64,000 bases of DNA from a bacterium (GTDB lineage Bacteria > Hinthialibacterota > Hinthialibacteria > Hinthialibacterales > Hinthialibacteraceae), in assembly GCA_963662285.2 (NCBI GenBank), contig CAXXMV010000001.1, forward strand, positions 96,001 through 160,000. Direction: 5' to 3'. A program made the translations under genes and the position numbers. The notes beneath the pieces were generated by a model. The model made no database searches and had not been told where the DNA came from. It worked only from the letters and a program-made list of their open reading frames with translations. This document shows, piece by piece, positions 28,523 through 38,849 of the stretch (positions within the stretch are counted from its first letter, which is position 1; each line of letters begins with the position of its first letter).

Positions 28523-29478
28523 TGCAATACACTATTCATCAATCAACCTTGATTCGTGAAACAAGTATGAAATTAGTCTCTTTTTGCTTGTTTGTTTTGT
28601 TGTTGATAATTCCATGTTTTTCGATATTGGCCGACGATCTTCCAGACGGATGGGAATCCAGTTTTGCTGAAGTTAATGGTCTGAAATTGCATGTTATAAG
28701 AACCAGCGGTGATAAACAGCCAATCGTTATGGCGCACGGTGGTTTATCGAATGGTGTTTTATGTTGGGAATATCTGGCAAAAGCATTTCAAAAGCAATAT
28801 GACGTAATCATGTATGATTCCCGCGGGCATGGCGATTCGCAGAGAGCCAAACATGATTATTCTTTGCATACTCTTGCGAAAGATCTTGCCGGTTTAATTC
28901 AAAATCAACAGTTGAATAAGCCGATATTGATTGGACATAGTATGGGTTCGTACGCTACTTTATTTTGCACAGCCGAGAATCCTGAACTCCCTCGCGCTAT
29001 TGTTCTGATTGATCCATTAATACGTAGTTACCCATCGAAAGATGATAAGGATGGTTTGGTTGTATTTAATAAGTGGGTTAGGGATACGAAGAAGGAGTTC
29101 GTTAAATGGAAAAGTATGTCACGGGATGAACTGCTTGAATATTTTCCTCCAATTGATCCATTGATAAGCAAACAAGGGCGAACGGTGGAAAAGAGAATTA
29201 ATAGTATACAAAAATTAGATATTAATGCCTTATCAGTCATCGATCATATCGGCAAAATGCGTTTTGAAGATTTTAAGAACATGTTCAAAAAGATCACTTG
29301 TCCAGTTTTGATTTTAAGTGCGGACGTTCAAGGCGAAGATAAAGAGAAAGAGTGTCGGTTGGTTGCCGAATTTCCTAACATCAACATTGTTCATATTGTC
29401 GGCGCCGGTCATAACGTACATCATGATCGTGCGGATGAATGCATTAAATTGATTTCTGATTTTCTCGAAAAGAATTAA
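28519..29478 (+). CDS. alpha/beta hydrolase
   Basis: HGG, DSRGHGDS, GHSMG, GAGHNVH. Confidence 0.9.
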   Translation: MMQYTIHQSTLIRETSMKLVSFCLFVLLLIIPCFSILADDLPDGWESSFAEVNGLKLHVIRTSGDKQPIVMAHGGLSNGVLCWEYLAKAFQKQYDVIMYDSRGHGDSQRAKHDYSLHTLAKDLAGLIQNQQLNKPILIGHSMGSYATLFCTAENPELPRAIVLIDPLIRSYPSKDDKDGLVVFNKWVRDTKKEFVKWKSMSRDELLEYFPPIDPLISKQGRTVEKRINSIQKLDINALSVIDHIGKMRFEDFKNMFKKITCPVLILSADVQGEDKEKECRLVAEFPNINIVHIVGAGHNVHHDRADECIKLISDFLEKN

Positions 29479-29545
29479 ACAATCTTTCTAAAAAGAAGAA
29501 TGATGGATTGTGTATCGCTTTAAGAATTTCAACACGAACAAGAAT

Positions 29546-29585
29546 AAACCGCCCGTTGAGATCATTCTCACCGGGCGGTTTTTTT
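29546..29585 (+). terminator. Rho-independent terminator
   Basis: AAACCGCCCG...CGGGCGGTTTTTTT. Confidence 0.75.
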
Positions 29586-29687
29586 GTACAAAACGTTTAT
29601 GTTTTGCTACCTTTTTCCCCGCTTGAACGTCTTTATATATGATAGGCTGTATTCCGGCAAAGGTATAAGCGCGGGTGGAGAGAAACT

Positions 29688-30248
29688 TTGGATCGATTCA
29701 TTGAGAAGGATTTACGTAAAGGGAAACAGCAGGCCTTCGCGCATTTGTTCGAACTGCATGCCGATAAACTGCTGCGTCTGGGATACGCATTGCTGTTCAA
29801 TCAAACCGATGCTGAAGACGTGGTTCAGGATGCGTTGATCGGATTTGTTGACGCTTTGCGGGATGGGCGTTTTCGCGGCGGCAATGGCGTTGTCGAAGCC
29901 TATTTGAGACGCAGCGTCCGCAATCGGTGCATCGATAAACTACGCCAGTCGGGAAGACTGCCAACCTCGCAGGTTGCAAATATCGATTGCGAATTATATA
30001 CGCGACATAAACCGATATTGCCTTCAGGGGTATTAGAAGAAAAACGGATGCAGGCATTGATAGAGGCGGCCATTCAAAACTTACCCGATGCGCAACGAGC
30101 CGTCATTGTGTTGCGCTTACTGGAAGATTACTCCTACCAACAGATCGCAGACGAATTACGAATCTCTCTCGATTATGTAAAGAACCTCATGGCGCGCGCC
30201 CGTAAGCATCTGCGTCAGGAATTAGACCCTTTTGTGGAGGATAAATAA
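29688..30248 (+). CDS. ECF RNA polymerase sigma factor
   Basis: DAEDVVQDA, RNRCID, LPDAQRAVIVLR...SYQQIADEL...VKNLMARAR. Confidence 0.93.
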   Translation: MDRFIEKDLRKGKQQAFAHLFELHADKLLRLGYALLFNQTDAEDVVQDALIGFVDALRDGRFRGGNGVVEAYLRRSVRNRCIDKLRQSGRLPTSQVANIDCELYTRHKPILPSGVLEEKRMQALIEAAIQNLPDAQRAVIVLRLLEDYSYQQIADELRISLDYVKNLMARARKHLRQELDPFVEDK

Positions 30249-30253
30249 GTCTG

Positions 30254-30826
30254 ATGGATAAACATACCGACCAATTCAAGCAGGAAGATGATTTGATTCG
30301 TGACGCTTTGCAGCAGATGGATATTCCAACCCAAAGGGAATCCATGAAACAGGCTTTTATCGAACGCGCTAGGAATCGTTATACGCCATCAAAAAGCCAG
30401 GGCGGTCTATGGGTTAAACGTTTAGCGCTGGGTGGAGTGGTTTGTTACGCCATGCTTACATTGGCGTACTTATGGGTAGTATTCAACGCTTCCGCAGTGC
30501 AGAGCATTCGAGGAATCAATGCGAATGATTGGCGAATTCATTATAAAGCAGCTTTGGGTGATGCAGTTCAATACAAAAAAGGCGACCAATTACTATTAAC
30601 CGACGGATCGACTATAGCATGTCTGGATGATTCCGCCTTGAGCGTTATTTATACCAATAAACAAAGGCTGATTGAGCTGCGGCAGGGGACGATAGAGATT
30701 GAAGCGGCGCATAACCGGAATTATCCAATGGTAGTTTATAGCGGTGATGCAGAAATACGGGTGACTGGAACAAAATTTGTGGTTTCCACGGGCGAAGCAT
30801 ATTGGGAGAAGGAGAGAGGGCTATGA
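30254..30826 (+). CDS. FecR-type anti-sigma factor (C-terminally short FecR domain)
   Basis: Single TM, then LTDGSTI.L...S.L, RLIELRQG, IRVTGTKFVV. Confidence 0.82.
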   Translation: MDKHTDQFKQEDDLIRDALQQMDIPTQRESMKQAFIERARNRYTPSKSQGGLWVKRLALGGVVCYAMLTLAYLWVVFNASAVQSIRGINANDWRIHYKAALGDAVQYKKGDQLLLTDGSTIACLDDSALSVIYTNKQRLIELRQGTIEIEAAHNRNYPMVVYSGDAEIRVTGTKFVVSTGEAYWEKERGL

Positions 30827-33800
30827 CTCGTGGGAAATGGACGCTTGTGATATCGCTAGTCATCTTCATCACATCAGGATTGATGTATCTAAATTCGCTG
30901 TCGCTTCAAGATACAGCGACGCCGGAGAATATGTATGTTGAAGTCATTGATGGATCAGTAGAACTGTACAACAAAAAGGGGATGGTTGACCTTAAGGCAG
31001 ACGACCGGGCCTTGAGTCGACCGGGAGAAGCGCCAAAGGTTTTTTCTACAGTAAAACCGACGCCGGTAAAAGCGCCAACCCAACCTCCCCAAGTGATTGC
31101 TTTCGCGGTCAATGTGATTAACGATGTTTCGCAACCCGTGAAAGGCGCCAACGTCCTGGTGCGTGAGGGAAGCGCCGTCATCGCATCGGCGTCCAGCGAT
31201 GAAACAGGCTTTGCATCATTTACTCTTAAACTCAGCAATGACGCCAGCGTTTTAGCTCAGCAGAAGGAACATTTCGATAGCAAGCCAATCTCTGTTTTAG
31301 GAAAAGAAAAATGGATTTTGACCTTGGATCGCAAACTATCTATTCAAGGCAAGGTTATTGATCAAAACCAGAATGAGGTCATAGACGCGGTTGTTTCCAT
31401 TGCTGGAGCATCTAATGTTCAATCTTCAACCAGTTCACCTTTTCTATTTGCTTCTCTTCATCCTGGAACCTATCACGTCCAGGCCAGCCATGCAACACTG
31501 CTTGGCGAAGAACAAACCGTTCAGGCGGGGGATGAAATCGTGTTGCATCTGGCAACCAGCGCAACGGTTATTGCCTCAGTATCCACCTTACGCGGTGAAG
31601 CGGTAGGTGGGGCGGTATTGGATATGACCTCCAAACGGGGCAGCGGTTTTATTTTCTCAGAAAAACAGAATACCAACACCAAAGGCATCGCCAGTTTCAG
31701 TGATATCCAACGGGGAACCTATTCTATCGGCATCAAACATCCCTGGTATCAAAGTCTGAAACGCACTGACGTCCTGGTCGATTCAGTGACGGAAGAGATA
31801 TCTATCATATTACCCGATAAAAACCATTCTATATCAGGACATGTTTTCGACGCCAAAACGAACCAGCCAATCGCCAACGCTCCAGTTGTGTGCGGTTTGG
31901 ATTGGGGCAGTAAAGAATCGCTTCTTATGCTAATGGGTATTGAGAAAAATACTGGACCCTTATCGGCTACCTATACCGTCTATACCAATGAAGATGGTTT
32001 TTATCGCTTCGATGACCTATGGAGCGGCTTATATATCCTTTACGTTGATAAAGTTGCAGGATATATCTCAGGAGACGCTTCACTCATCGAACATTCCGGC
32101 GCCCAAAAGTTAAAACGCGTCTTGCTTTCACAGGATGAGGATATTGAATCGGTCGATTTCTATTTGAAACAATGCTGGAAAATATCAGGACATGTTTTCG
32201 ATCCTGATGGTGAACCACTGGCCGGTATCAATGTCATGGCTCGACTCAGTTATACAAATCCTGCGGAAGGACGCTATAGAACGAGTTTATTAGAAAAAAT
32301 TGGCGCTGAATGCATAACTGACGAATCGGGGTATTATGAAATATCCGGTCCAATTGAATTGCTGTCTGATAGTAGTATTTCCAGTCTTTATGTTGAAGGA
32401 AATCACGAAAAATACGGGAGGGCGAAGAGCGATAAGTTTTATCTCAATCCTGGAGAATCAAAAGAAGACGTTGATCTTAAATTTACCTATTGTGCGATTG
32501 TACAAGGTACGGTCTGCGATGAAGATAACAATCCAATTTCCGGCGCCAAGGTGCTGATCTGGCGGGAACCAAAAATAACAGTGAAAAGAGCAGGAGCGCC
32601 AAGACATGAAATTGAATATGAAGACTGGAATAATTTATGGACGCGTACTCAGTCCACAGACGAAAAAGGTTTTTACCAGTTTCATTTAATGGATCAAACA
32701 GGAATACATTTTATCTATGCTCTTGCAGAGGGTTATCATAACAGCGCTGAGAACAATCTGGAAAAACAAATTACTTTAGAGTCTGGCGCCGATCCCATTC
32801 TATGTAATTTCACGCTCCAAAGTGGGATAACGGAAACGTTGGAAGGCGTGGTAGTGAATGAAGATAACCAACCGCTTCCGGATATCGTTCTAAGTCTTTC
32901 AGCGCAAAACACGGGTATTGATACACGCCTAATTTATAAAAAAACGGATATTAATGGCCGTTTCTGCTTCGATCTCGGATTGCATCATCGATCCTTGATG
33001 TCTTTTACGTCCCGGAAAAATCCTAAGATTCTACCTCTTGATTTACGCGCTCCTGAATTACGCAATCCATTTAGTCTCCAGGTTTACGAAACAGATGAAT
33101 ATGAATATACCGGGGATATTAAATATTACGATAATCAACGGGTGCATTTTCCGATATATTATGATTGGGGAGAGAAAGATATCCATATCGTAATGACCCG
33201 CAAGAAGGAAGTCGGCCTTGTTTCTTTCCGGGGGCGGGTTTTGGATTCTAACAGCCAGCCGCTGGTTAATTATGATATTCTCGTCGTCCCCGGCTTTGCG
33301 CCTAATATGTTTGAGCAAGGCAGTATGTATTACCGCTGGACTCCGGTTCATTCAAATGACGGCACGTTCTTTCTCGAAAATATTCCCGCAGAACATGGGT
33401 TGTTCCGCATCGCAGTGCGCTCGAAAGAGCATGGTTTCGCCAGCACCGATTTGTTAAATCCTCAAGCCGATGAAATAATAGAAGATATCGTGATCCAAGT
33501 TGGCAAAGGCGCCATGTTAAGCGGCGTAGTCCGCGACAAAGATACTGGAGAACCTATAGCGGATGCGGAGGTATACACCATGCTGCCGCCTTCCCCATTA
33601 CAGCAACAACAGTTGAATTCACGTCTTGGTATAATGTTTGGCGTCCCCAGGGCGCAAGCGCAACTTACTGGAGACCTGGCATCCACCAAAACCAATGAGA
33701 AAGGTGAATACGAGTTGCATAACGTCTGCGTCCCTGCGGTGCGGCTGCGGGTAATGAAATGGAAATATAACGATTGTTATCTTCCAGTGATGAATTTGCA

Positions 33801-33861
33801 GCATGGAGAGATGCGAAATCTGGATGACGCCCACTTAACGCCAAAGAAGAGTCAGCCATGA
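30823..33861 (+). CDS. large membrane-anchored protein with carboxypeptidase-regulatory-like beta-sandwich repeats
   Basis: ATG overlaps the FecR stop (ATGA), RBS AAGGAG; N-terminal TM; repeated ISGHVFD..G.P/T..DG.Y units. Confidence 0.85.
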   Translation: MTRGKWTLVISLVIFITSGLMYLNSLSLQDTATPENMYVEVIDGSVELYNKKGMVDLKADDRALSRPGEAPKVFSTVKPTPVKAPTQPPQVIAFAVNVINDVSQPVKGANVLVREGSAVIASASSDETGFASFTLKLSNDASVLAQQKEHFDSKPISVLGKEKWILTLDRKLSIQGKVIDQNQNEVIDAVVSIAGASNVQSSTSSPFLFASLHPGTYHVQASHATLLGEEQTVQAGDEIVLHLATSATVIASVSTLRGEAVGGAVLDMTSKRGSGFIFSEKQNTNTKGIASFSDIQRGTYSIGIKHPWYQSLKRTDVLVDSVTEEISIILPDKNHSISGHVFDAKTNQPIANAPVVCGLDWGSKESLLMLMGIEKNTGPLSATYTVYTNEDGFYRFDDLWSGLYILYVDKVAGYISGDASLIEHSGAQKLKRVLLSQDEDIESVDFYLKQCWKISGHVFDPDGEPLAGINVMARLSYTNPAEGRYRTSLLEKIGAECITDESGYYEISGPIELLSDSSISSLYVEGNHEKYGRAKSDKFYLNPGESKEDVDLKFTYCAIVQGTVCDEDNNPISGAKVLIWREPKITVKRAGAPRHEIEYEDWNNLWTRTQSTDEKGFYQFHLMDQTGIHFIYALAEGYHNSAENNLEKQITLESGADPILCNFTLQSGITETLEGVVVNEDNQPLPDIVLSLSAQNTGIDTRLIYKKTDINGRFCFDLGLHHRSLMSFTSRKNPKILPLDLRAPELRNPFSLQVYETDEYEYTGDIKYYDNQRVHFPIYYDWGEKDIHIVMTRKKEVGLVSFRGRVLDSNSQPLVNYDILVVPGFAPNMFEQGSMYYRWTPVHSNDGTFFLENIPAEHGLFRIAVRSKEHGFASTDLLNPQADEIIEDIVIQVGKGAMLSGVVRDKDTGEPIADAEVYTMLPPSPLQQQQLNSRLGIMFGVPRAQAQLTGDLASTKTNEKGEYELHNVCVPAVRLRVMKWKYNDCYLPVMNLQHGEMRNLDDAHLTPKKSQP

Positions 33862-33892
33862 TTGCAATCATGACTTGATATTATTGATGTAC

Positions 33893-33946
33893 AAACAAAA
33901 AAAACAGGGTGGTATGCGCTATCGCGCTCCCATCCTGTTTTTGTTT
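33893..33946. terminator. bidirectional terminator
   Basis: A-run, CAGGGTGG...CCATCCTG stem, T-run, between convergent genes. Confidence 0.65.
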
Positions 33947-34005
33947 TGATAATTGAATTGTCTATCTCTCCACATAGATAACAATGCTTAAGTTGTTATA
34001 TCCTA

Positions 34006-35070
34006 CTAACGGGCTTCAATGATCGATTGGATGAGTTGTTTCATATTTCCTTCCGACGTTTTCAGCGCGCCTTTTAGTTTTTCATCTACAGGTGCGCCTT
34101 TCATGCCGATCAGGGCTTCTTTCGCCGCGTGTTGCACTTTGGGTGAATCATTGCTCAAACCTGATAGGATAATTGATGCGGCGCTGGATGTTCCAGTTTT
34201 CCCAAGGCTGACCATAATAGCGCATTTGATATGTTCTTCATTGGTATAACCTAGAATTTTTTCCAGCGCCTCTTCTCCATCGTAGATATTGCCTTGCTGA
34301 ATCTGCGCATCAATATAGCGTAGCCAACTATCGGCATAAGCTAACTGATCACGATAAGAGAGAGATTCAAAATCAGGCAGCGTAACATCACCTTCAGGTT
34401 GTTTACCGATAGAGGCCACAGCTTTCATGGCCGGGATAGCGATCTTAGCGTCATAAGCCCCCATCTCATTAACCAAAGCATCCTTGGCCAGTTCGTCTTT
34501 GCGGTGGCCAAGGGCGGCGATGATTCGGGGTTTGAAATCTCCGGGGGCGTCTTTGAGCGCTTTAAGCAGCGCGTTGGTAGATTCCTCTCCGGTTATCCGC
34601 TCCAGACAGAATACGGCTTCTTCCCGTAGCGCTTTATCATTCAGCAATTCAGCTGCAGTAGGCGTAGCGTCGGCGTCGCCTATAGTAGAAAGATGGCGCA
34701 GGGCTTCAATGCGCGTCTTTTGGGCTTGATCTTTCGATGTGAGTTTGACTAACGCATTCATCACGTTCTTGCGTTTCTTCTCATCCCAATTCCTGGCGGC
34801 GCTATGAACCAAAACGCGCAACGCTTCGCCCGAAGATTTTGCGATGCCGGGATTTTCAGAAACCAAAAGTTTCCCTAGTTCCAATACGGCTTTGGCGCCG
34901 ACTGTGTTTGCTTTCTGCACCGTGGCGTAACGTACTTCGGCATCGTTGCTTTTAATATTGGTTAGAAATTCATCCAAGCGTTTGCTGGCGGCCTGGCTTT
35001 GGGAGGCAGCTGCGATAAACGCTCCGGTCGAGACGGTCTTGGTAAAGCATTTGGTAGATTGTTTTATCAT
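34006..35070 (-). CDS. HEAT-repeat protein
   Basis: Repeated helical units (RIEALRHLSTIG, REEAVFCLERI, IIAALGHR); RBS AAGGAG before ATG at 35070. Confidence 0.85.
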   Translation of the reverse strand: MIKQSTKCFTKTVSTGAFIAAASQSQAASKRLDEFLTNIKSNDAEVRYATVQKANTVGAKAVLELGKLLVSENPGIAKSSGEALRVLVHSAARNWDEKKRKNVMNALVKLTSKDQAQKTRIEALRHLSTIGDADATPTAAELLNDKALREEAVFCLERITGEESTNALLKALKDAPGDFKPRIIAALGHRKDELAKDALVNEMGAYDAKIAIPAMKAVASIGKQPEGDVTLPDFESLSYRDQLAYADSWLRYIDAQIQQGNIYDGEEALEKILGYTNEEHIKCAIMVSLGKTGTSSAASIILSGLSNDSPKVQHAAKEALIGMKGAPVDEKLKGALKTSEGNMKQLIQSIIEAR

Positions 35071-35095
35071 CGTTTTCTCTTTCTCCTTTCCTGGT

Positions 35096-36376
35096 TTACA
35101 GATGCCAGGGTCCACGGCCGGGACGACTGAGGAGGCGGTTGGCTTCTTCATCGTTTTTCACTTTTTCGGCGACTGGGTCCCACTCCAATGGACGCCCCAA
35201 GACGTAGGCGATGTTGCCCAGGATGCAGAGGGTTGCCACGCGGTGGCCGGCTTCGATGTGCATCAACGGTTTTTCACGGGTCTTGATGCAATCGAGCCAG
35301 TTCTCGAAATGGCCGGGGCTGCGGAAGACTTTGGCGCCGTTGGCTGGCGGTTCATATTTCATGGCTTTTTCTTCAGTGCCGCATCCCCCATCCCCGCCGG
35401 TTACGATAAGGGTGTCCTTATCTCCCCAGTACTTGGCGCCAAAACTCGCATCCATCAATTTTTCCCCTGGCTGAGTCCAGGTCATGGTCCAATCGGGGTT
35501 TTTGAATGTATATTTGATATCCATCTTGGTCGGGCAGTCCCATATTCCTTCACGCGGCGCTTCGCCAGTGGCTTCGACGCGAACCGGACCGGTCTTATCG
35601 GCATCCATACACCAGAAAGCCACGCTCATGACATGAGCGCCCCGGTCGCGGATTTGGCCCCCGCCGAAATCGAGCAGCCAGCGGAAATTGAAATGTACTT
35701 TATTGGGGTTATAGGGCATCCAACGCGCTGGTCCGAGCCATAAATCCCAATCGAGGGTGGGAGGTGGATCACAATCGGGCGTCCAATCTCCTACCGGATT
35801 TTCGTAATGCCAGCATGCAACTTTGCTGATTTTGCCCAGGTTGCCATTCCTGATATAGCGGCAGGCATGATAGGCGGCGTTGGTCGAGCGGCCTTGTGAA
35901 CCGACCTGGACAACCCGCGAATAACGCTTGGCGGCGTTGACCATAGCCCGGCCTTCTTCGATAGTCTTGCTGGCGGGTTTTTCGACGTAAACGTCTTTAC
36001 CCGCCTCGCAGGCGTGAACCATCATCAGTCCATGCCAGTGATCCGGAGCGCCGATGGTGACAGCGTCTATATCTTTGCGGTCAAGCAGGTCACGGTAATC
36101 CTTGTATAAACCGGGATTGCCGCCCACCCGTTCGGCTGCGCTTTTGAGATGATTTTGATCCACGTCACAGATCGCCGCCGTAACGCCGGGTCGAAGAAAT
36201 GCTGAACCGCGCCCTCCCACGCCTATACTGCCCAGTACGATAGTATCGCTCGGCGCAGGATTTCCATCCGCGCCGAGTACGCGGCGCGGTACTATAGAGA
36301 ACGCCAATGCGCCTGCGGACGCTGTAGTGGCGCTTGATAGAAACGAACGTCTGCTGATTTTGCCCTTATTTGTCAT
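35096..36376 (-). CDS. Gfo/Idh/MocA oxidoreductase, Tat-exported
   Basis: SRRSFL Tat motif, IGVGGRG, APDHWH, YVEKP, DWDLWLGPA. Confidence 0.93.
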   Translation of the reverse strand: MTNKGKISRRSFLSSATTASAGALAFSIVPRRVLGADGNPAPSDTIVLGSIGVGGRGSAFLRPGVTAAICDVDQNHLKSAAERVGGNPGLYKDYRDLLDRKDIDAVTIGAPDHWHGLMMVHACEAGKDVYVEKPASKTIEEGRAMVNAAKRYSRVVQVGSQGRSTNAAYHACRYIRNGNLGKISKVACWHYENPVGDWTPDCDPPPTLDWDLWLGPARWMPYNPNKVHFNFRWLLDFGGGQIRDRGAHVMSVAFWCMDADKTGPVRVEATGEAPREGIWDCPTKMDIKYTFKNPDWTMTWTQPGEKLMDASFGAKYWGDKDTLIVTGGDGGCGTEEKAMKYEPPANGAKVFRSPGHFENWLDCIKTREKPLMHIEAGHRVATLCILGNIAYVLGRPLEWDPVAEKVKNDEEANRLLSRPGRGPWHL

Positions 36377-36636
36377 AATTGATTCACCCTTCCTATCGAA
36401 TCCGCTAAATGCGCTTCGATATGATGAATTCAATTCTAACATATATTCAAACGATGAGTAAACCTGAAAGCGTTGGTTCAAGCAGTTATCATGATTATAT
36501 TAGTTTATAGAAATATAATCATTAAAACACTAAAGTATCTTTCAATCATGTTTTTGTTTGTTTACTATTGACAAGATATGTCTACATGTACCATCATCCA
36601 ATCTACAAGTAACAATGACTGTTTCAGGAGAAAATC

Positions 36637-38757
36637 ATGCTAATCAAAACAAAACGTTTATCAATTTTTTTGATATTAACTGTAGTAATCGCAATATCCA
36701 CTATCGCGGAAGAAGCCAAACGAACCGTCATCAACCTGAATGGGACATGGAATATCGCCGAAGGCGGTATGGATGCCGTGCCTGATGCTTTTACCTATAA
36801 GGCGCCAGTTCCGGGATTGGTTGATATGAGTTCGCCTGACTTTTTTGAGGTGGGCATCGAGAGCGAGCGCCGCGAGGCGTTTTGGTATCAACGAACTTTC
36901 AAAGTGGCTGGCGATATCCCGGCTTCGGCGATTTTGAAAATCCATAAAGCCAAGTATGGAACCAAGGTCTACTTAAACGGCAGCCTAGTAGGTCAGCATC
37001 TGCCATGTTTCACTCCCGGATATTTCAATATTAAGCCATATCTCAAAGGCGCCAACCAACCCAACCAATTGGTTATCCGGGTCGGCGCCCATTTAACATC
37101 GGTTCCCAAGTCGATCCCTAACGGGTGGGATTTTGAAAAGTATAAGTATATCCCCGGCATCTATGACGACGTGGAGGTAATTCTGTGCGGCGCCCAGCGC
37201 ATCGTCAACATCCAGACTGCGCCGGATATAGATAAACAGGTGGTGCGCATTCAGGCTGAGATCGAAAGCGAAGAGCAAGACGATAACCTATGCTTGACCT
37301 ATCGCATATCCGAAGTCGCCTCAGGTAATATCGTGGCAACTGGAAAAACGCAAGCCGCCGAAATATCCGCTAATACAATCAAGGTCATTGATTTCAATGT
37401 GCCAATGGCCGATTGTCAACTATGGTCGCCGGAGAATCCCTTTTTGTACAAACTGGAAATAGAGACGCCAGCAGATTCTTTATCAACCAGATTCGCCATG
37501 CGTTCATTCCGTTTTGACGAAAAAACCGGACGGGCCATATTGAATGGCAAGCCCTACATGATGCGAGGTACCAATGTCTGCATCTACCGATTCTTCGAAG
37601 ACGCCGCGCGGGGAAGTTTGCCCTGGAACAAAGAATGGGTTCGCAACCTGCATAAAAAGTTCCAAAGCATGAACTGGAACTGCATACGCTATTGCATCGG
37701 CTTCCCTCCGGAGTTCTGGTATGACATCGCTGACGAGTTAGGAATCCTGATCCAGGATGAATTCCCCATCTGGTCACTCAGTGAATGGCCCAAAGAACTG
37801 AAAGCCGACGCCATTGCACGGGAATATCAAGAATGGATGCGGGAGCGTTGGAATCACCCCTGCGTGGTTTGGTGGGATGCGCAGAATGAATCAGTCACCG
37901 AAGAGACTGGTAAAGCCTTGATGAAAGTTCGCCAACTTGATTTATCCAACCGCCCCTGGGATAACGGCTGGGGAATGCCCCAAGCTAAAAGCGACACTCT
38001 CGAATCGCATCCCTATTATTTCCAACAAGCATGGAAAAAAGTTATTCCTATAAATATGGAGAAATTCGGCGCCGGAAATGGAATTCCAAACGTGCGCAGC
38101 ATCCAGAATGATTTACCAAATCCGATAATTATCAACGAATACGGTTGGTTATGGATCAACCGCGACGCCTCGGTCACCTCGCTGACCAATTATGTATATG
38201 AAAGTCTTCTCGGCCCTGACTCGACTGGCGCCGAGCGGCGGGAGTTATACGCCCGTTATCTGGCCGAATTAACCGAATTCTGGCGGGTCAAACGTAAATG
38301 CGCGGCGGTAATGCACTTTTGTGGATTAGGTTACTCGCGTCCCGGAGGCACAGTACGCCCCGTAGCAGGCGCCACCAGCGACCACTTCACCGATGTAGCC
38401 CATCTAAAATTCGAGCCGAATTTTTGGAAATACGTAAGAGATTCCTTCGCCCCGGTCGGTCTGATGATCGATGTCTGGAAGGAAAAATTCTCATCTGGTC
38501 AATCAATATCAGTCCCGGTCGATGTAATAAATGACCTTAATCCAACCTGGAATGGATTAATCCGTCTACGGATTACACAGGATAACCAAATCCTATCCGA
38601 GCAATCCCAAACCTGCCGCGTCGAGGGGTTAGGTCACGCACGGCTGGAATTTTCAGTAACGCTCCCGAAAGAGCCGGGTAAATACGATATAATCGCAGAA
38701 TTGGTAAAACCTGAAGAAGAATCAGTCTTCAGCTACCGTTTCTTTACCATTGAATAG
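36637..38757 (+). CDS. glycoside hydrolase family 2 protein
   Basis: NLNGTW, WYQRTF, GIYDDV, LWSPENPFLY, LNGKP..MRG, ADELGIL, WDAQNE, INEYG. Confidence 0.9.
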   Translation: MLIKTKRLSIFLILTVVIAISTIAEEAKRTVINLNGTWNIAEGGMDAVPDAFTYKAPVPGLVDMSSPDFFEVGIESERREAFWYQRTFKVAGDIPASAILKIHKAKYGTKVYLNGSLVGQHLPCFTPGYFNIKPYLKGANQPNQLVIRVGAHLTSVPKSIPNGWDFEKYKYIPGIYDDVEVILCGAQRIVNIQTAPDIDKQVVRIQAEIESEEQDDNLCLTYRISEVASGNIVATGKTQAAEISANTIKVIDFNVPMADCQLWSPENPFLYKLEIETPADSLSTRFAMRSFRFDEKTGRAILNGKPYMMRGTNVCIYRFFEDAARGSLPWNKEWVRNLHKKFQSMNWNCIRYCIGFPPEFWYDIADELGILIQDEFPIWSLSEWPKELKADAIAREYQEWMRERWNHPCVVWWDAQNESVTEETGKALMKVRQLDLSNRPWDNGWGMPQAKSDTLESHPYYFQQAWKKVIPINMEKFGAGNGIPNVRSIQNDLPNPIIINEYGWLWINRDASVTSLTNYVYESLLGPDSTGAERRELYARYLAELTEFWRVKRKCAAVMHFCGLGYSRPGGTVRPVAGATSDHFTDVAHLKFEPNFWKYVRDSFAPVGLMIDVWKEKFSSGQSISVPVDVINDLNPTWNGLIRLRITQDNQILSEQSQTCRVEGLGHARLEFSVTLPKEPGKYDIIAELVKPEEESVFSYRFFTIE

Positions 38758-38772
38758 GGTTAACTCTAAACG

Positions 38773-38810
38773 ATACAAGCCCTTATCTATCGATAGATAA
38801 GGGCTTGTAT
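38773..38810. repeat. perfect 38-bp palindrome
   Basis: ATACAAGCCCTTATCTATCGATAGATAAGGGCTTGTAT equals its own reverse complement. Confidence 0.9.
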
Positions 38811-38849
38811 TTTACTTATAGAACAGTGCAAAAAGGAATTAGAGCAACA

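Noticed and set aside
34946-35743. 265-aa plus-strand ORF
   Set aside because: Antisense to the well-supported Gfo/Idh/MocA and HEAT genes.
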